From Chrysomallon squamiferum (lineage: Eukaryota; Animalia; Mollusca): DNA of 64,000 bases. Location of the stretch: positions 22,692,001 through 22,756,000 of the forward strand of contig CM022677.1 of the NCBI GenBank assembly GCA_012295275.1. The letters run 5' to 3'. The notes beneath the pieces are model-generated. The model was given only the letters and a program-made list of their open reading frames with translations, was not told where the DNA came from and made no database searches. Both the position numbers and the translations under genes were made by a program. Below are positions 1 to 17,400 of this stretch, in pieces (position 1 is the first letter of the stretch; every line of letters starts with the position of its first letter).

Positions 1-236
1 CCTCCGTGTCCTCCTCCGAAACCTCCCCATCCTCCTCCATATCCTCCTTTACCTCCTCCAAATCCTCCCCATCCTCCTCCGTGTCCTCCTCCGAAACCTC
101 CCCATCCTCCTTTTCCGTAACTGCCTAAACCTCCATTACCTTTTCCGTAATATCCACCAGAGTTTCCATAATAGGTTTGTCCGGCACAGGCAAGAGACAA
201 GCAGACGGCAAGAACGACGAAAACAGCTTTCATCAT
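1..236 (-). CDS. Secreted glycine-rich repeat protein, copy 1 (3' end runs off the window start)
   Basis: ATGATG starts at 236. Translation MMKAVFVVLAVCLSLACAGQTYYGNSGGYYGKGNGGLGSYGKGGWGGFGGGHGGGWGGFGGGKGGY... Acceptor AG at 247-246, donor GTAAGT from 531, short non-coding exon 1 at about 532-555. Near-identical to 4355-4774. Confidence 0.9.
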   Translation of the reverse strand, partial: MMKAVFVVLAVCLSLACAGQTYYGNSGGYYGKGNGGLGSYGKGGWGGFGGGHGGGWGGFGGGKGGYGGGWGGFGGGHG

Positions 237-554
237 TTTAAAGGGCTACGATAAAACAAGAACTAAAATTTTAATATACAGATGTTATTTTATCATAAAT
301 TTCCAGTAAGTCATATTATGTACTGAGAACATAAAATTAAATATTATACAGATAGAAACATTAGTAGATTTTCAATACGTTATAATTATTTTCATCTGAA
401 ACTTTATTAATTTGCCTTACAGATTAGTAATCAATAAAATATGAATAACAATTGTTTAAGCTTAGTGATATTTCATTACATTAGTAATTAAAGAAGTAAA
501 CAAAAAGCAAACTATTGACCAGTATACTTACTGTGTTGGTTTCCAGATTAATTC

Positions 555-620
555 TGATGTGTTCTCTTCCCTGCTCTATTTATACAACAGAGTTTATTAC
601 TTAGATTGGTCGTGACGTCA
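555..620 (-). promoter_or_regulatory. Core promoter of Gly-rich copy 1: TATAAATA, Inr-like TCAGAA, CCAAT box, CRE palindrome
   Basis: TATAAATA at 584-577, about 30 bp upstream of TCAGAA (A at 555). CCAAT at 609-605. TGACGTCA at 613-620. The same arrangement is conserved in copy 3. Confidence 0.75.
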
Positions 621-1272
621 TATTATGCAACATTTGATTCATGTGAAACTTTGATTGATTGGAAATCCATCAATTTGCTTTAGTCTCACAATTTAATAAA
701 GATTGATGATAATTATTATTTCTCCCATCGCCTTTAGTTTTCTCTGCGTTTACGAATAAATTACAAAATGATTTCATCTGCTTTAAAAAAGAAACACACT
801 AGAATGTTGTTCAAGCGAATAAATTATTTTATCTGGGTTTTTTTGTTTGTTTATTTCACCTTATTCTGAATGAATTATTATTATTATTATTATTATTATT
901 AGTAGTAGTAGTAGTAGTATTATTATTATTGTTGTTGTTGTTGTTGTTGTTGTTATTTTTATTATTGCTTTAAAAAAATTTTTAAATTCATTTTTCTAAT
1001 CAGTAGTTGCTACTGTTTTTCATTAGTGTTATGGAAAATCAAGTAATAAAAACACACGTACATAAAATTCAGAAGTCAACTTAATTTCAAGATTACTTGT
1101 TTTCTGTGACCTCTGTTCTTGCAGTACCTCTTATTTACAACAGCTTTGCACTTTTCATCTTTTTTTCTTTCCTACTTATTTTTTTTGTTGTTGTTCTCGA
1201 GCTCTATCAATATCAGAATGGTTTCTAGAGATTTATTTATCTATTATCTTCAGTATCATTTATTTGGTTAAA

Positions 1273-1599
1273 TATGGAAGCGGTTTTCACGCATGAGAAG
1301 CAAAGTGTAAATTGGAAGAAGTATTTGGAGGAGTCCATGAAGGTTGGTGTGATGGATACCAACATTGATGTGGAGGCGGATACGGACACTGATGTGGAGG
1401 CGGATACGGACATTGATGTGGAGGCGGATACGGACATTGATGTGGAGGCGGATACGGACATTGATGTGGAGGCGGATACGGACATTGATGTGGATTGATA
1501 CGAACATTGATCTGGAGGCGGATACGGACACTGATGTGGAGGCGGATACGGACACGATACGCAGAAAGAAATGAATATGCAGGACACGACTCAAACTGA
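1273..1599 (+). pseudogene. Decayed plus-strand paralog of the Gly-rich gene (GGGYGH-type repeat with in-frame TGA)
   Basis: Frame from 1273 reads [45 protein letters not shown]... It ends ...RNEYAGHDSN-TGA-aaaa|GTAAG, matching the intact genes' ...GNQYGGGYNSY-TGA-aaag|GTGAG, with the donor 4 nt after the stop in both. It has frameshifts and no signal peptide. Confidence 0.7.
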
Positions 1600-3539
1600 A
1601 AAAGTAAGAAATTTAGGTACAATTTCCTTTTTATTGCAATTGTTTTGGGGGTTTTTGCATCAGTAATCAGAAATGTTTTCAAATTGTAAATATATTGTAC
1701 TTAATCAGTAAACTTCAGGTTAAAAATTGTGAATTACTGATCGAAGAAAAATATTCTCCTGCATACATCAATTAAACGTTTATTTTAATTAGAATTATTA
1801 CTGCCAGTACATTTATCTAATCTGTCAATGTCTTTTATATGTTTTCATATCTTATAATGTACACAAGAAGTACAGTACACAAGAAGTATGAAGAATGAAT
1901 AAGTGTTGTGAAAAAAGTCAGATGTAAATAAAACCATTAATTGTCGACTTTTGTTTGTTTTGCTGTTTTAGTTCGTTTTATTTTATTTTATTGGTTTTTA
2001 ATTCTTTTTGTTTGTGTATATTGTTGTTGTTGTTGTTTTTCTTGGTCTCTTTTCTTATTTCTCTATTAAATGTTTGTTAGTAAGATTTCGATGAAGCGCT
2101 TTCAAACTTCTGAAACACTTTTCAGAATTTGAATACGAAAAACACAATTTCCGAAACTTCGTTTAATAGAAACTATTGTTTTATGAATTGTCTCTGTTTG
2201 CTGTTAATACTTAGAAAGGTTGTCCTGTGTATAACAGATTATCGAAAGATACAGAAATGTGCAAGTTCAAACACAAAGAAAGAAAGTAAACACTCTGTTC
2301 GAAAAGAATTAATTGTATTTCAGGTACAAACCTGTTTTCTTTCTGTTTCTCACGCACTTTTTTCAGTTTTTTCTTGTTGCTTTTTGTTTAGTTTTGTTTT
2401 CATTTTGCCGCCGCTTCTAAAGCTCGATGTATTTAGTGTCATATCTGCATTACACTGTTGTATTATAAAATAAAATGTGTAGTTGATTTTCTACATAAAG
2501 AAATAATCTGACCAAATCAGTAAGCAGTCCAATGTTCGTAGATGGAAATATTACTTTTATACACACACTAAACTGAGGTAAAAACTTCCATATAACTTAA
2601 AGTATCTTAAGCACACATTGTTTATAATGTTATCAACACAAAGTAATTTAGTTAAATCGTAAACTTTTCAGATTTTAAAATTCAAATTTTATAATATTTA
2701 TAATTCCAGGTGTATTTCTGTTAGATAATTGTGTGTTGCTATTCTATTCGTTTAATATGAAATGTCTTAGACTAAGACTGCGTATATTAAACACACAATT
2801 TTCAAAGAAACTCCGTAACCAAGGAGGATACGACGTAGAAAGGACTTGAAGAGGTTTTACATGTTGGGCTCCTCACAGACAAAACGATTAGACTTCCTTC
2901 ATGTGCCAAAATGCTGTTTCCACAAAACATTCAAATACGTCACTGTCATTATTACCTATCATAATTTAATCACGATGACGCTGACGTTGCAAAATGTCCA
3001 AATTGGTTCAGAGTGTCACATTGGTCAGATTTCAATGAGGAGAATAATATCATATTCAAGTATTGTTCATTATGCGTTATGACAACATTTGTTGATAATT
3101 CGTCCATAAGAAATATGAATGAAATAACTGGGTAAAAGAAGATTGTGCACTTTTCAGATTGGACTACATCTGAAACAAACAGCTTCCAAGTTGTACAACT
3201 TCTCTTTAACTCATTATTTCACTTTCTAAACTAAAATTGCATTCCTTCAGATTTTTATTTATTTTATTTAACAGTTTTTAATAGAAAGTCACCAAACACA
3301 TCAAACTTGTACACCACTTCAGCGTAGTTCATAGAATTGCTTTGAAAAGGACAACAACAAAAGTAACAATAATAAATCATTTTATGAAAAACCTCATTTA
3401 TTCCGTAGTGTTTCAGATTGACGATGTACATATGTATAAGTATATATGTAATTCTCTACATATGTACGTACACACGTATCTACGTATGAATGTGCGTATG
3501 TGTGTATATATGCTTGAACGTATGCACGTGTCTCTGTAT

Positions 3540-3880
3540 TTTGGTATGTAATTATATATGTATTAATGTGTGTACGTATGCATCAATACATTTATCTATA
3601 TCTGTATGTCTGTTTTTGTATGTATGTATGTATGTATGTATCTATGTATGTATGTGTGCAAGTGTGAATGTATATATATATATATATATGTATGTGTGTA
3701 TGTATGTATGTATGTATCTATGTATGTATGTGTACATGTGTGCATGTATATATGTATGTATATATTGTGTGTAAGTATGCATGTTTTATATCTGTATGCC
3801 TCGTTGTGTCTATGTATGTACGTATCTATGTATGTATGTGTGTGTATGGATATATGTATGCATGTATATATTTACGTATG
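3540..3880. repeat. Degenerate (TATG)n microsatellite
   Basis: Visible tetranucleotide tract, with a counterpart at 30565-31045 downstream of copy 3. Confidence 0.9.
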
Positions 3881-4354
3881 TACTTTACTGTTAGTGACTT
3901 GTATTTCATAACATTTCAAATAAATAACTCATTTTAAGATGCGTACATGCTACATTTATTTAAATTTACGTCTTAGCATGTAAATTTGCTTTTTGTGGGT
4001 AAAGTATAAACTAAGATTGAAATAAAAACAGAATTTATTTTCTTAAAATTGTGGTATAATTTTATTTTTTTCCCACACGAGAATGTGATGTTCACTGATG
4101 TATTACCTGAAAATATAAAACAGTTAATGAAAATGAAACAGATAATAAGAAAATTATAATTAGGCAATGGAAACAGAATCATTAATAGATAAATATATAT
4201 TATTCTTCCTGTAATGCAAATTGTCATAAACAGTTTTGAAATTATTTCTTCAGCCACTGTGTAAGTTGTCTACATTAAACTAAACAAAATATTAACTGAC
4301 ATCTTGTAAACGCATTAATTAACTCTGTGGAATAAATATATTTTCCTCACCTTT

Positions 4355-4774
4355 TCAGTAAGAGTTGTATCCGCCTCCGTATTGGTTTCCATATCCTCCG
4401 TATCCACCTCCGTATCCACCTCCGTATCCACCTCCATATCCTCCCCCATATCCGCCTCCATATCCTCCTTTACGTCCTCCGAAACCTCCCCATCCTCCTC
4501 CGTATCCTCCTTTACCTCCTCCAAATCCTCCCCATCCTCCTCCGTGTCCTCCTCCGAAACCTCCCCATCCTCCTCCGTGTCCTCCTTTACCTCCTCCAAA
4601 TCCTCCCCATCCTCCTCCGTGTCCTCCACCGAAACCTCCCCATCCTCCTTTTCCGTAACTGCCTAAACCTCCATTACCTTTTCCGTAATATCCACCAGAG
4701 TTTCCATAATAGGTTTGTCCGGCACAGGCAAGAGACAAGCAGACAGCAAGAACGACGAAAACAGCTTTCATCAT
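4355..4774 (-). CDS. Secreted glycine-rich repeat protein, copy 2 (139 aa, complete)
   Basis: Signal peptide MMKAVFVVLAVCLSLACA, then (GGGWGGFGGG[H/K/R]) modules, a (GGGY)n tail and NQYGGGYNSY. The CDS lies in one exon (acceptor 4785-4784). Non-coding exon 1 donor at 5452, 3'UTR intron 4350-4107, AATAAA at 4066-4061, TATATATA at 5505-5498. Confidence 0.92.
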   Translation of the reverse strand: MMKAVFVVLAVCLSLACAGQTYYGNSGGYYGKGNGGLGSYGKGGWGGFGGGHGGGWGGFGGGKGGHGGGWGGFGGGHGGGWGGFGGGKGGYGGGWGGFGGRKGGYGGGYGGGYGGGYGGGYGGGYGGYGNQYGGGYNSY

Positions 4775-5169
4775 TTTAAAGGACTACAAAACAAAACAAG
4801 AACTAAGATTTTAATTTTTATTATTATTTTTAATTTCTTCTCTTTTCTTTATCGTAAGTTTCCACTAAGTCATATTAGGTAGTTAGAGCAGCATTCATCA
4901 TTTTAAAGAGCTAATATAAAAGAGAAGAACTGAAATGCTAATATTACTTGATCGAAAACGGCAAGAACGACGAAAACAGCTTTCATCATTTTAAAGGACT
5001 ACAAAACAAAACAAGAACTAAGATTTTAATTTTTATTATTATTTTTAATTTCTTTTCTTTTCTTTATCGTAAGTTTCCACTAAGTCATATTAGGTAGTTA
5101 GAGCAGCATTCATCATTTTAAAGAGCTAATATAAAAGAGAAGAACTGAAATGCTAATATTACTTGATCG
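4744..5169. repeat. 215-bp tandem duplication copying the acceptor, start codon and first about 10 codons of copy 2
   Basis: 4744-4954 is repeated at 4959-5169; ATG at 4774 and again at 4989. Confidence 0.9.
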
Positions 5170-6097
5170 TAAACTTCAAGCTTTGAAATACGTCAAATTA
5201 CGCGGTGAGACGACAAAATTAAACGAAAACTCGGAATTGAGTTTTGTAAATAGAGAATTATAGTACAGATAGAACACTTCGTAAACTGTAAGATTTTTAA
5301 ATATTTTATCATTATTTCCATGTTAAGTTTTGTGGATTTACTTAGCAGAGACATAATCAATAAGCAACGAATAGCAATCATTTGAGATTGCAGATATCTT
5401 TTTGCAATAGTAATTTATAAACAGAAATAAAACTCTTCACTGGTTTACTTACTGAGATGGTATCGGGAATGAATCTAATGTGTTGTCTTCCTTCCTCTAT
5501 ATATACACAAAATTTATTAATTAGATTAACGGTGAGCTAACACTAAGTAACATTTAACTTATGTGAAGCTTCTGGTTAAGTTGATTGATTGGAAAGCCAT
5601 CAATTTACTTTGACCTTATAATTTACTTAAGATTGATGATAATTTGCTTTACCTTTAAAACAGGAAAGTACGTTTATTTTTCCATTCATTTGCGAAAAAA
5701 TTTCAGAATGATTTCATCTGCTTTAAAAAATCAGTACCAGGAGAACATTATTACAGTACAAATAAATGTTGTTTTTATTTTTGTACTTATTATTATTATT
5801 TTATTTTATTTAATTTTTTTATCTATTTCCTTTCAGTTTTCATTTGTTTTTGTTTTTTTGTTATTGTTTCTATTTCTTTCTTACATTATTTTTAAAGCGT
5901 TGTTATTCTTAGTTATTATTTCGTATTTGAATCACCATCTTATAAATAATAATAATAATAATAATAATAACAATAATAATAACAATAATCGTAACAATGA
6001 TAATACTAATTGTAGTAATAGTAGTAAGAAATCATTATTATTATTATTTGCATTACCATTATTATTATTGTTGTTGTTGTTGTTGTTGTTATTGTTG

Positions 6098-6168
<71 letters not shown>

Positions 6169-6448
6169 GTGTTAAGCATTGTATAAAATGTTCTGTTCAC
6201 AGACATAAAAGCTGCTCTTTGATCCCCTCTGTCATTAACAGGTGCACAAATCAATGGTTACTATCAAAGTCGTGACTAAAAACTGGATACCTCACTTCAG
6301 ATCTATAATCGTGTGTCTTAAATGCGGGTGTCAGATGATTTCTATCGTCTTTTCTTTGTTGTGCTCGTTCAAGTTAGCTAAAGCAAGGGACTGATTCACA
6401 ACAGTCACAGAGGAGGCGAACAGGGCCGGTACTTACACACAAAAATTA

Positions 6449-7990
<1,542 letters not shown>

Positions 7991-8254
7991 TACCTCTCTT
8001 TTTTTTCTGTTTATTTTACCACAAGAATATTAGTCGTTCGGGACATTTTCCCAAAAGAAAGAAATGTGTTATAGATGACTTGTAAGCTTACACCCCTTCT
8101 TTGTTTCAGTTGGTATCTTCCTGTCACTGAGTGTCGTCTGTCAAAACCGGATTCTCCGCACAAACAACTTCAACATAAATGGAGATTGCAGAAGAATACA
8201 AAAAAATTCTTTCCCGTGCTAAATTTTTCATTTTTTAAGACAACGGTAAGACAG

Positions 8255-8310
<56 letters not shown>

Positions 8311-8598
8311 GAATCTCACTTTTCTATTTAGAGTGATCAATAAGTCGGCTTCATATATTTTTGGAAATTAATTTTTGCATTCCCCCCCCTCATATTTTAC
8401 AGCAGAACTATCTCATCGATCTGAAACAAAAATGTGACGTCACAAAGCTAAATTTAGAATGTTTTTCTTTAACGCAGATAGTTCATTTATTTATAAAATT
8501 AATAAATAAATAAATAAATAAATCGTTTTCATTGTACAAAATACTGCATTCGGAAGTTGGTTAATTAATTTATGTAATAATTTTATTATTAGGACTGA

Positions 8599-8632
<34 letters not shown>

Positions 8633-8641
8633 TCCACAGAT

Positions 8642-11790
<3,149 letters not shown>

Positions 11791-11877
11791 ACTAATAAAA
11801 ACAACAATAACAATAGCAGTAGCAACAGTAACAATACTAATAACTAGGAGCTAACATATCCATTTTACCCAAAACAA

Positions 11878-11999
<122 letters not shown>

Positions 12000-12218
12000 A
12001 AGTAGTACTAATCAGCAACACCATTAAAAAAATGAGAAATTTTAATTTTAAATACAATAAAGAAAAAAGGAAACATTAGAAAAAATAACAATAACAATAA
12101 TAATGATTATGATGATGATAATAATGATAATAATAATTATTATTAATATACCAGGTAGAAATACACGTCGCTGTGGTCGTTGTTGTTTATTTCATTTTAT
12201 TTATTTATTTATTTATTA

Positions 12219-12264
<46 letters not shown>

Positions 12265-13116
12265 TTGTAATTATTTTTTCTCTCTCTCATATATTGTTGT
12301 TCTATACTATTGTTCATATCTGAAAAAAAAAATTCTGTGACAGGACGATATTATAAAAAGAAATTATCAAAAAAATTATCAGTAAAATCAAGAAATTCTT
12401 TCGGTCACTTAACTAAACAGTGTCGTGAAATCTTCAAATATTTTAAATCACTTTTCAAAAATATTTTAATTAAAATACTATGGAAACATAAAGGAAAGAT
12501 GAACTATTTTAGTTTTATAATTACCACCTTTAAATTACTTTCATTTCCTCTCCTAAGATCTGAACCCACAGCCATGCATAAACAACTTCAAACATGAAAG
12601 TAATCAGAAGCAAACTGCTTAAAAAAAGAATCATAACTCAGAGAAGCATTATCAAAGGGACAGTACTCTGTTATAAACTAACCAAGACTAGCATCAAGTA
12701 CGTATTCTGACATATTTAACAACATCCAGGAAATATATTCAAAACATTTTTAACAGCAAAAATGACTAGATTTATTTTTAATTATTCTTAGAGATTATAT
12801 GGTTACGGAACGTTGACTTTGCGGGTAAAAACGGACTAAGAAATAATTTGTAATTAAAAGTTATTACTGAAAGAATATTTTAAAATATTAATTTTAAACT
12901 ATTATTTATATCTAAAATTCTGCATGTGCTCTATGTGTAAAGAATTATAGTAATGATGTACTTTATTATTAAACACGTATTTAATGAAATTTATGAAGAC
13001 ATAAATAAATAATATCTTTTAATATTTCTATACTCTGTTCATTTATTTATTTATTTTTCTAATCATTACTGCATTTGTTTTGGGGGGAAAGAAGGTGTGA
13101 AGATCAGAACAATTTA

Positions 13117-13149
<33 letters not shown>

Positions 13150-13426
13150 CAAAATAAAAAAGAAATAGCAATCACTCGGTCTGTATAGAAATTTGATACG
13201 CTGAACGCTTTTAAACTTTTCTATTTTTTTTGCGTTGATTAACTAATTCGCGCCAAGACATTTTTTATTTTGTGAAAACGAAAACATTTACAACAAAACA
13301 TAACAGCTGCTGAATAATAACAATTGATTTGTTATTTTCAAATTATATTTTAAGACCTAAACCAGCAGTTAAACACGAAAGAATTAACACTGAACAAGGT
13401 GCGTGTGTGCGTTTGTTTGTTTGTTT

Positions 13427-13479
<53 letters not shown>

Positions 13480-14012
13480 CATATTTTGGCACTACTTATA
13501 GGGATTGCAGGATATGTACATGTATGATTTTTCATGTGGATTTAGAAATGTGTGCGTATTTCACTGTGTTAATGTGTCTTTGTGTGTTTCATTTTATTTA
13601 TTTATTTATTTATTTATTTATTATTATTATTATTGTTGTTGTTGTTGTTGTTGTTGTTATTATTATTATTATTTTTATTTGTTTCAACAAGTTGTTTTAA
13701 CAAATTTAGTTCTTTGATAGGTTCTTTACTTGCTAACTTAGTTTTAATCTGATATATTCGTTGTTTTGGTTGACTGGCTGTTGATTCATGCATCATTTAG
13801 TTGCTAAGGTTAATTATCTGGTTTTTCAATTCATTGTTTTCTGATTTGATTGTAATTTGCTTGTATAGATGGTTGGTTGGGAGCTCGGTTGCTAGGTTAC
13901 AATGTAGGCTTGTCTGTTGCTTGGTAATGAGATTATTTCAATAGCTGCTTGTTTGTTTGTTTGTTGATTGATTCTGTGGCTGATACGTTTACGACTGAAT
14001 ATTTGGCTGACT

Positions 14013-14380
14013 AGGTGTTAACAGGCTGACTAGATTTTAACAGGCTGACTAGATGTTAACAGGCTGACTAGAGGTTAACAGACTGACTAGATATTAACAG
14101 GCTGACTAGATGTTAACAGGCTGACTAGATGTTAACAGGCTGACTAGATGTTAACAGGCTGGTTGGTTACTTGGCTGATTTGTTCGCTGGTTGGTTCTGA
14201 TTGTGGTTGAACTAAGGTGGTTAACTTGCAGTTGTTACTTGGCTCATTTGTTCGCTGGTTGGTTCTGATTTTGGTTGAACTAAGGTGGTTAACTTGCAGT
14301 TGTTACTTGGCTGATTTGTTCGCTGGTTGGTTCTGATTTTGGTTGAACTAAGGTGGTTAACTTACAGTTGTTTCTTGGTT
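14013..14380. repeat. 19-bp (tgttaacaggctgactaga) array followed by about 73-bp x3 array
   Basis: Direct inspection. Confidence 0.9.
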
Positions 14381-14454
14381 GAATGGTGGACTTGGTTTGT
14401 TTATTGGTAGGGAGATTGGTTCGTACGTGGGAAGGTAACTGATATCCTCACTTG

Positions 14455-17400
14455 CTGTTTGGTTGTGTAGGTAGGTAGGTTGGTCATGTAGGTAGGTAGG
14501 TTGGTCATGTAGATAGGTAGGTTGGTCGTGTACTTAGGTAGGCTGGTTGTGTAGGTAGGTTGGTCGTGTAGATAGGTAGGTTGGTCATGTAGATAGGTAG
14601 GTTGGTCGTGTAGATAGGTAGGTTGGTCGTGTACTTAGGTAGGCTGGTTTTGTAGGTAGGTAGGTTGTGTAGATAGGTAGGCTGGTTGTGTAAGTTGATA
14701 GGTAGGTTGGTTTGCAGGTAGGTAGGTTGGTTGTGTAGGTAGGTAGGTAGGTTGGTTGTTTACATAGGTAGGTTGCTTGTGAGGATAGGTAGGTTGGTTC
14801 TGTAGGTAGGTAGGTAGGTTGGTTGTGTAGATGGGTAGGTTGGTTGTGTAGGTAGGTAGGTTGGTTGTTTACATAGGTAGGCTGGTTGTGTAGGTAGGTT
14901 GGTTGTGTAGATTGGTAGGTTGGTTGTTTAGGTAGATAGGTTGTTTGTTTTTTAAATTGATTGTTTCTCCTCTTGTCACGTCTGTTGAGATCTGATGATA
15001 AGTCGGTTGTAGCTCACGTCTGCCTGTGTTGGTAGGGAGCCTGGTACGTTGTTTGGTATGTAGGTTGGTACGTTGTTTGGTATGTAGGTTGGTACGTTGT
15101 TTGGTAGGTAGGTTGGTACGTTGTTTGGTAGGTAGGTTGGTACGTTGTTTGGTAGGGAGCCTGGTAAGTTCTTTGGTAGGTAGGTTGGAACGTTGTTTGG
15201 TATGTACGTTGGAGCGTTGTTTGGTAGGTAGGTTCGTACCTTGTTTGGTAGGTAGGCTGGTACGTTCTTTGGTATGTAGGTAGGTTGGTACGTTGTTTGG
15301 TAGGTAGGTTGGAACGTTGTTTGGTAGGTAGGTTGGTACGTTGTTTGGTAGGTAGGTAGGTTGGTACATTGTTTGGTAGGTAGGTTGGTACGTTGTTTGG
15401 TAGGTAGGTAGGTTGGTACGTTGTTTGGTAGGTAGGTTGGTACATTGTTTGGTAGGTAGGTTGGAACGTTGTTTGGTAGGTAGGTAGGTTGGTACGTTGT
15501 TTGGTAGGTAGGTTGGTACATTGTTTGGTAGGTAGGTAGGTTGGTACATTGTTTGGTAGGTAGGTTGGTACGTTGTTTGGTAGGTAGGATGGTATGTTGT
15601 TTGGTAGTTAGGTAGGTTGGTACATTGTTTGGTAGGTAGGTTGGTACGTTGTTTGGTAGGTAGGATGGTATGTTGTTTGGTAGTTAGGTAGGTTGGTACA
15701 TTGTTTGGTAGGTAGGTTGGTATGTTGTTTGGTAGGTAGGTTGGTACGTTGTTTGCTAGGTAGGTTGGTACGTTGTTTGGTAGGTAGGATGGTATGTTGT
15801 TTGGTAGGTAGGTTGGTACATTGTTTGCTAGGTAGGTTGGTACGTTGTTTGGTAGGTAGGTTGGTACATTGTTTGGTAGGTAGGTTGGTATGTTGTTTGG
15901 TAGGTAGGTTGGTACATTGTTTGCTAGGTAGGTTGGTACGTTGTTTGGTAGGTAGGATGGTATGTTGTTTGGTAGTTAGGTAGGTTGGTACATTGTTTGG
16001 TAGGTAGGTTGGTATGTTGTTTGGTAGGTAGGTTGGTACATTGTTTGCTAGGTAGGTTGGTACGTTGTTTGGTAGGTAGGATGGTATGTTGTTTGGTAGG
16101 TAGGTAGGTTGGTATGTTGTTTGGTAGGTAGGTTGGTATGTTGTTTGGTAGGTAGGTTGGAACGTTGTTTGGTAGGTAGGTTGGTATGTTGTTTGGTAGT
16201 TAGGTAGGTTGGTACATTGTTTGGTAGGTAGGATGGTATGTTGTTTGGTAGGTAGGTAGGTTGGTATGTTGTTTGGTAGTTAGGATGGTATGTTGTTTGG
16301 TAGGTAGGTTGGAACGTTGTTTGGTAGGTAGGTTGGTATGTTGTTTGGTAGGTAGGTTGGTATGTTGTTTGGTAGGTAGGTAGGTTGGTACATTGTTTGG
16401 TAGGTACGTTGGTATGTTGTTTGGTAGGTAGGTTGGTACATTGTTTGGTAGGTAGGTTGGAACGTTGTTTGGTAGGTAGGTTGGTATGTTGTTTGGTAGG
16501 TAGGTAGGTTGGTAGTTGTTTGGTAGGTAGGTAGGTTGGTACGTTGTTTGGTAGGTACGTTGGTATGTTGTTTGGTAGGTAGGTTGGTACATTGTTTGGT
16601 AGGTAGGTTGGAACGTTGTTTGGTAGGTAGGTTGGTATGTTGTTTGGTAGGTAGGTTGGTACATTGTTTGGTAGGTAGGTTGGTATGTTGTTTGGTAGGT
16701 AGGTTGGTATGTTGTTTGGTAGGTAGGTAGGTTGGTACATTGTTTGGTAGGTAGGTTGGTATGTTGTTTGGTAGGTAGGTAGGTTGGTATGTTGTTTGGT
16801 AGGTAGGTAGGTTGGTACGTTGTTTGGTAGGTAGGTAGGTTGGTACGTTGTTTGGTAGGTAGGTAGGTTGGTACGTTGTTTGGTAGGTAGGTAGGTTGGT
16901 ACGTTGTTTGGTAGGTAGGTAGGTTGGTACGTTGTTTGGTAGGTAGGTAGGTTGGTACGTTGTTTGGTAGGTAGTTAGGTTGGTATGTTGTTTGGTAGGT
17001 AGGTTGGTATGTTGTTTGGTAGGTAGTTAGGTTGGTATGTTGTTTGGTAGTTAGGTTGGTACGTTGTTTGGTAGTTAGGTTGGTATGTTGTTTGGTAGGT
17101 AGGTTGGTATGTTGTTTGGTATGTAGGTAGGTTGGTATGTTGTTTGGTAGGTAGGTTGGTACATTGTTTGGTAGGTAGGTTGGTACGTTCTTTGGTAGTT
17201 AGGTTGGTATGTTGTTTGGTATGTAGGTAGGTTGGTATGTTGTTTGGTAGGTAGGTTGGTACGTTGTTTGGTAGTTAGGTTGGTATGTTGTTTGGTAGGT
17301 AGGTATGTTGTTTGGTAGGTAGGCTGGTATGTTGTTTGGTAGGTAGGTAGGTTGGTATGTTGTTTGGTAGGTAGGTAGGTTGGTATGTTGTTTGGTAGTT

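Noticed and set aside
4315-4666. Pro-rich, Ser-rich and acidic ORFs overlapping the Gly-rich genes (also 31583-31954)
   Set aside because: They are antisense or shifted-frame shadows of GGA-rich codons. Only the Gly frame has a signal peptide, splice sites and a promoter.
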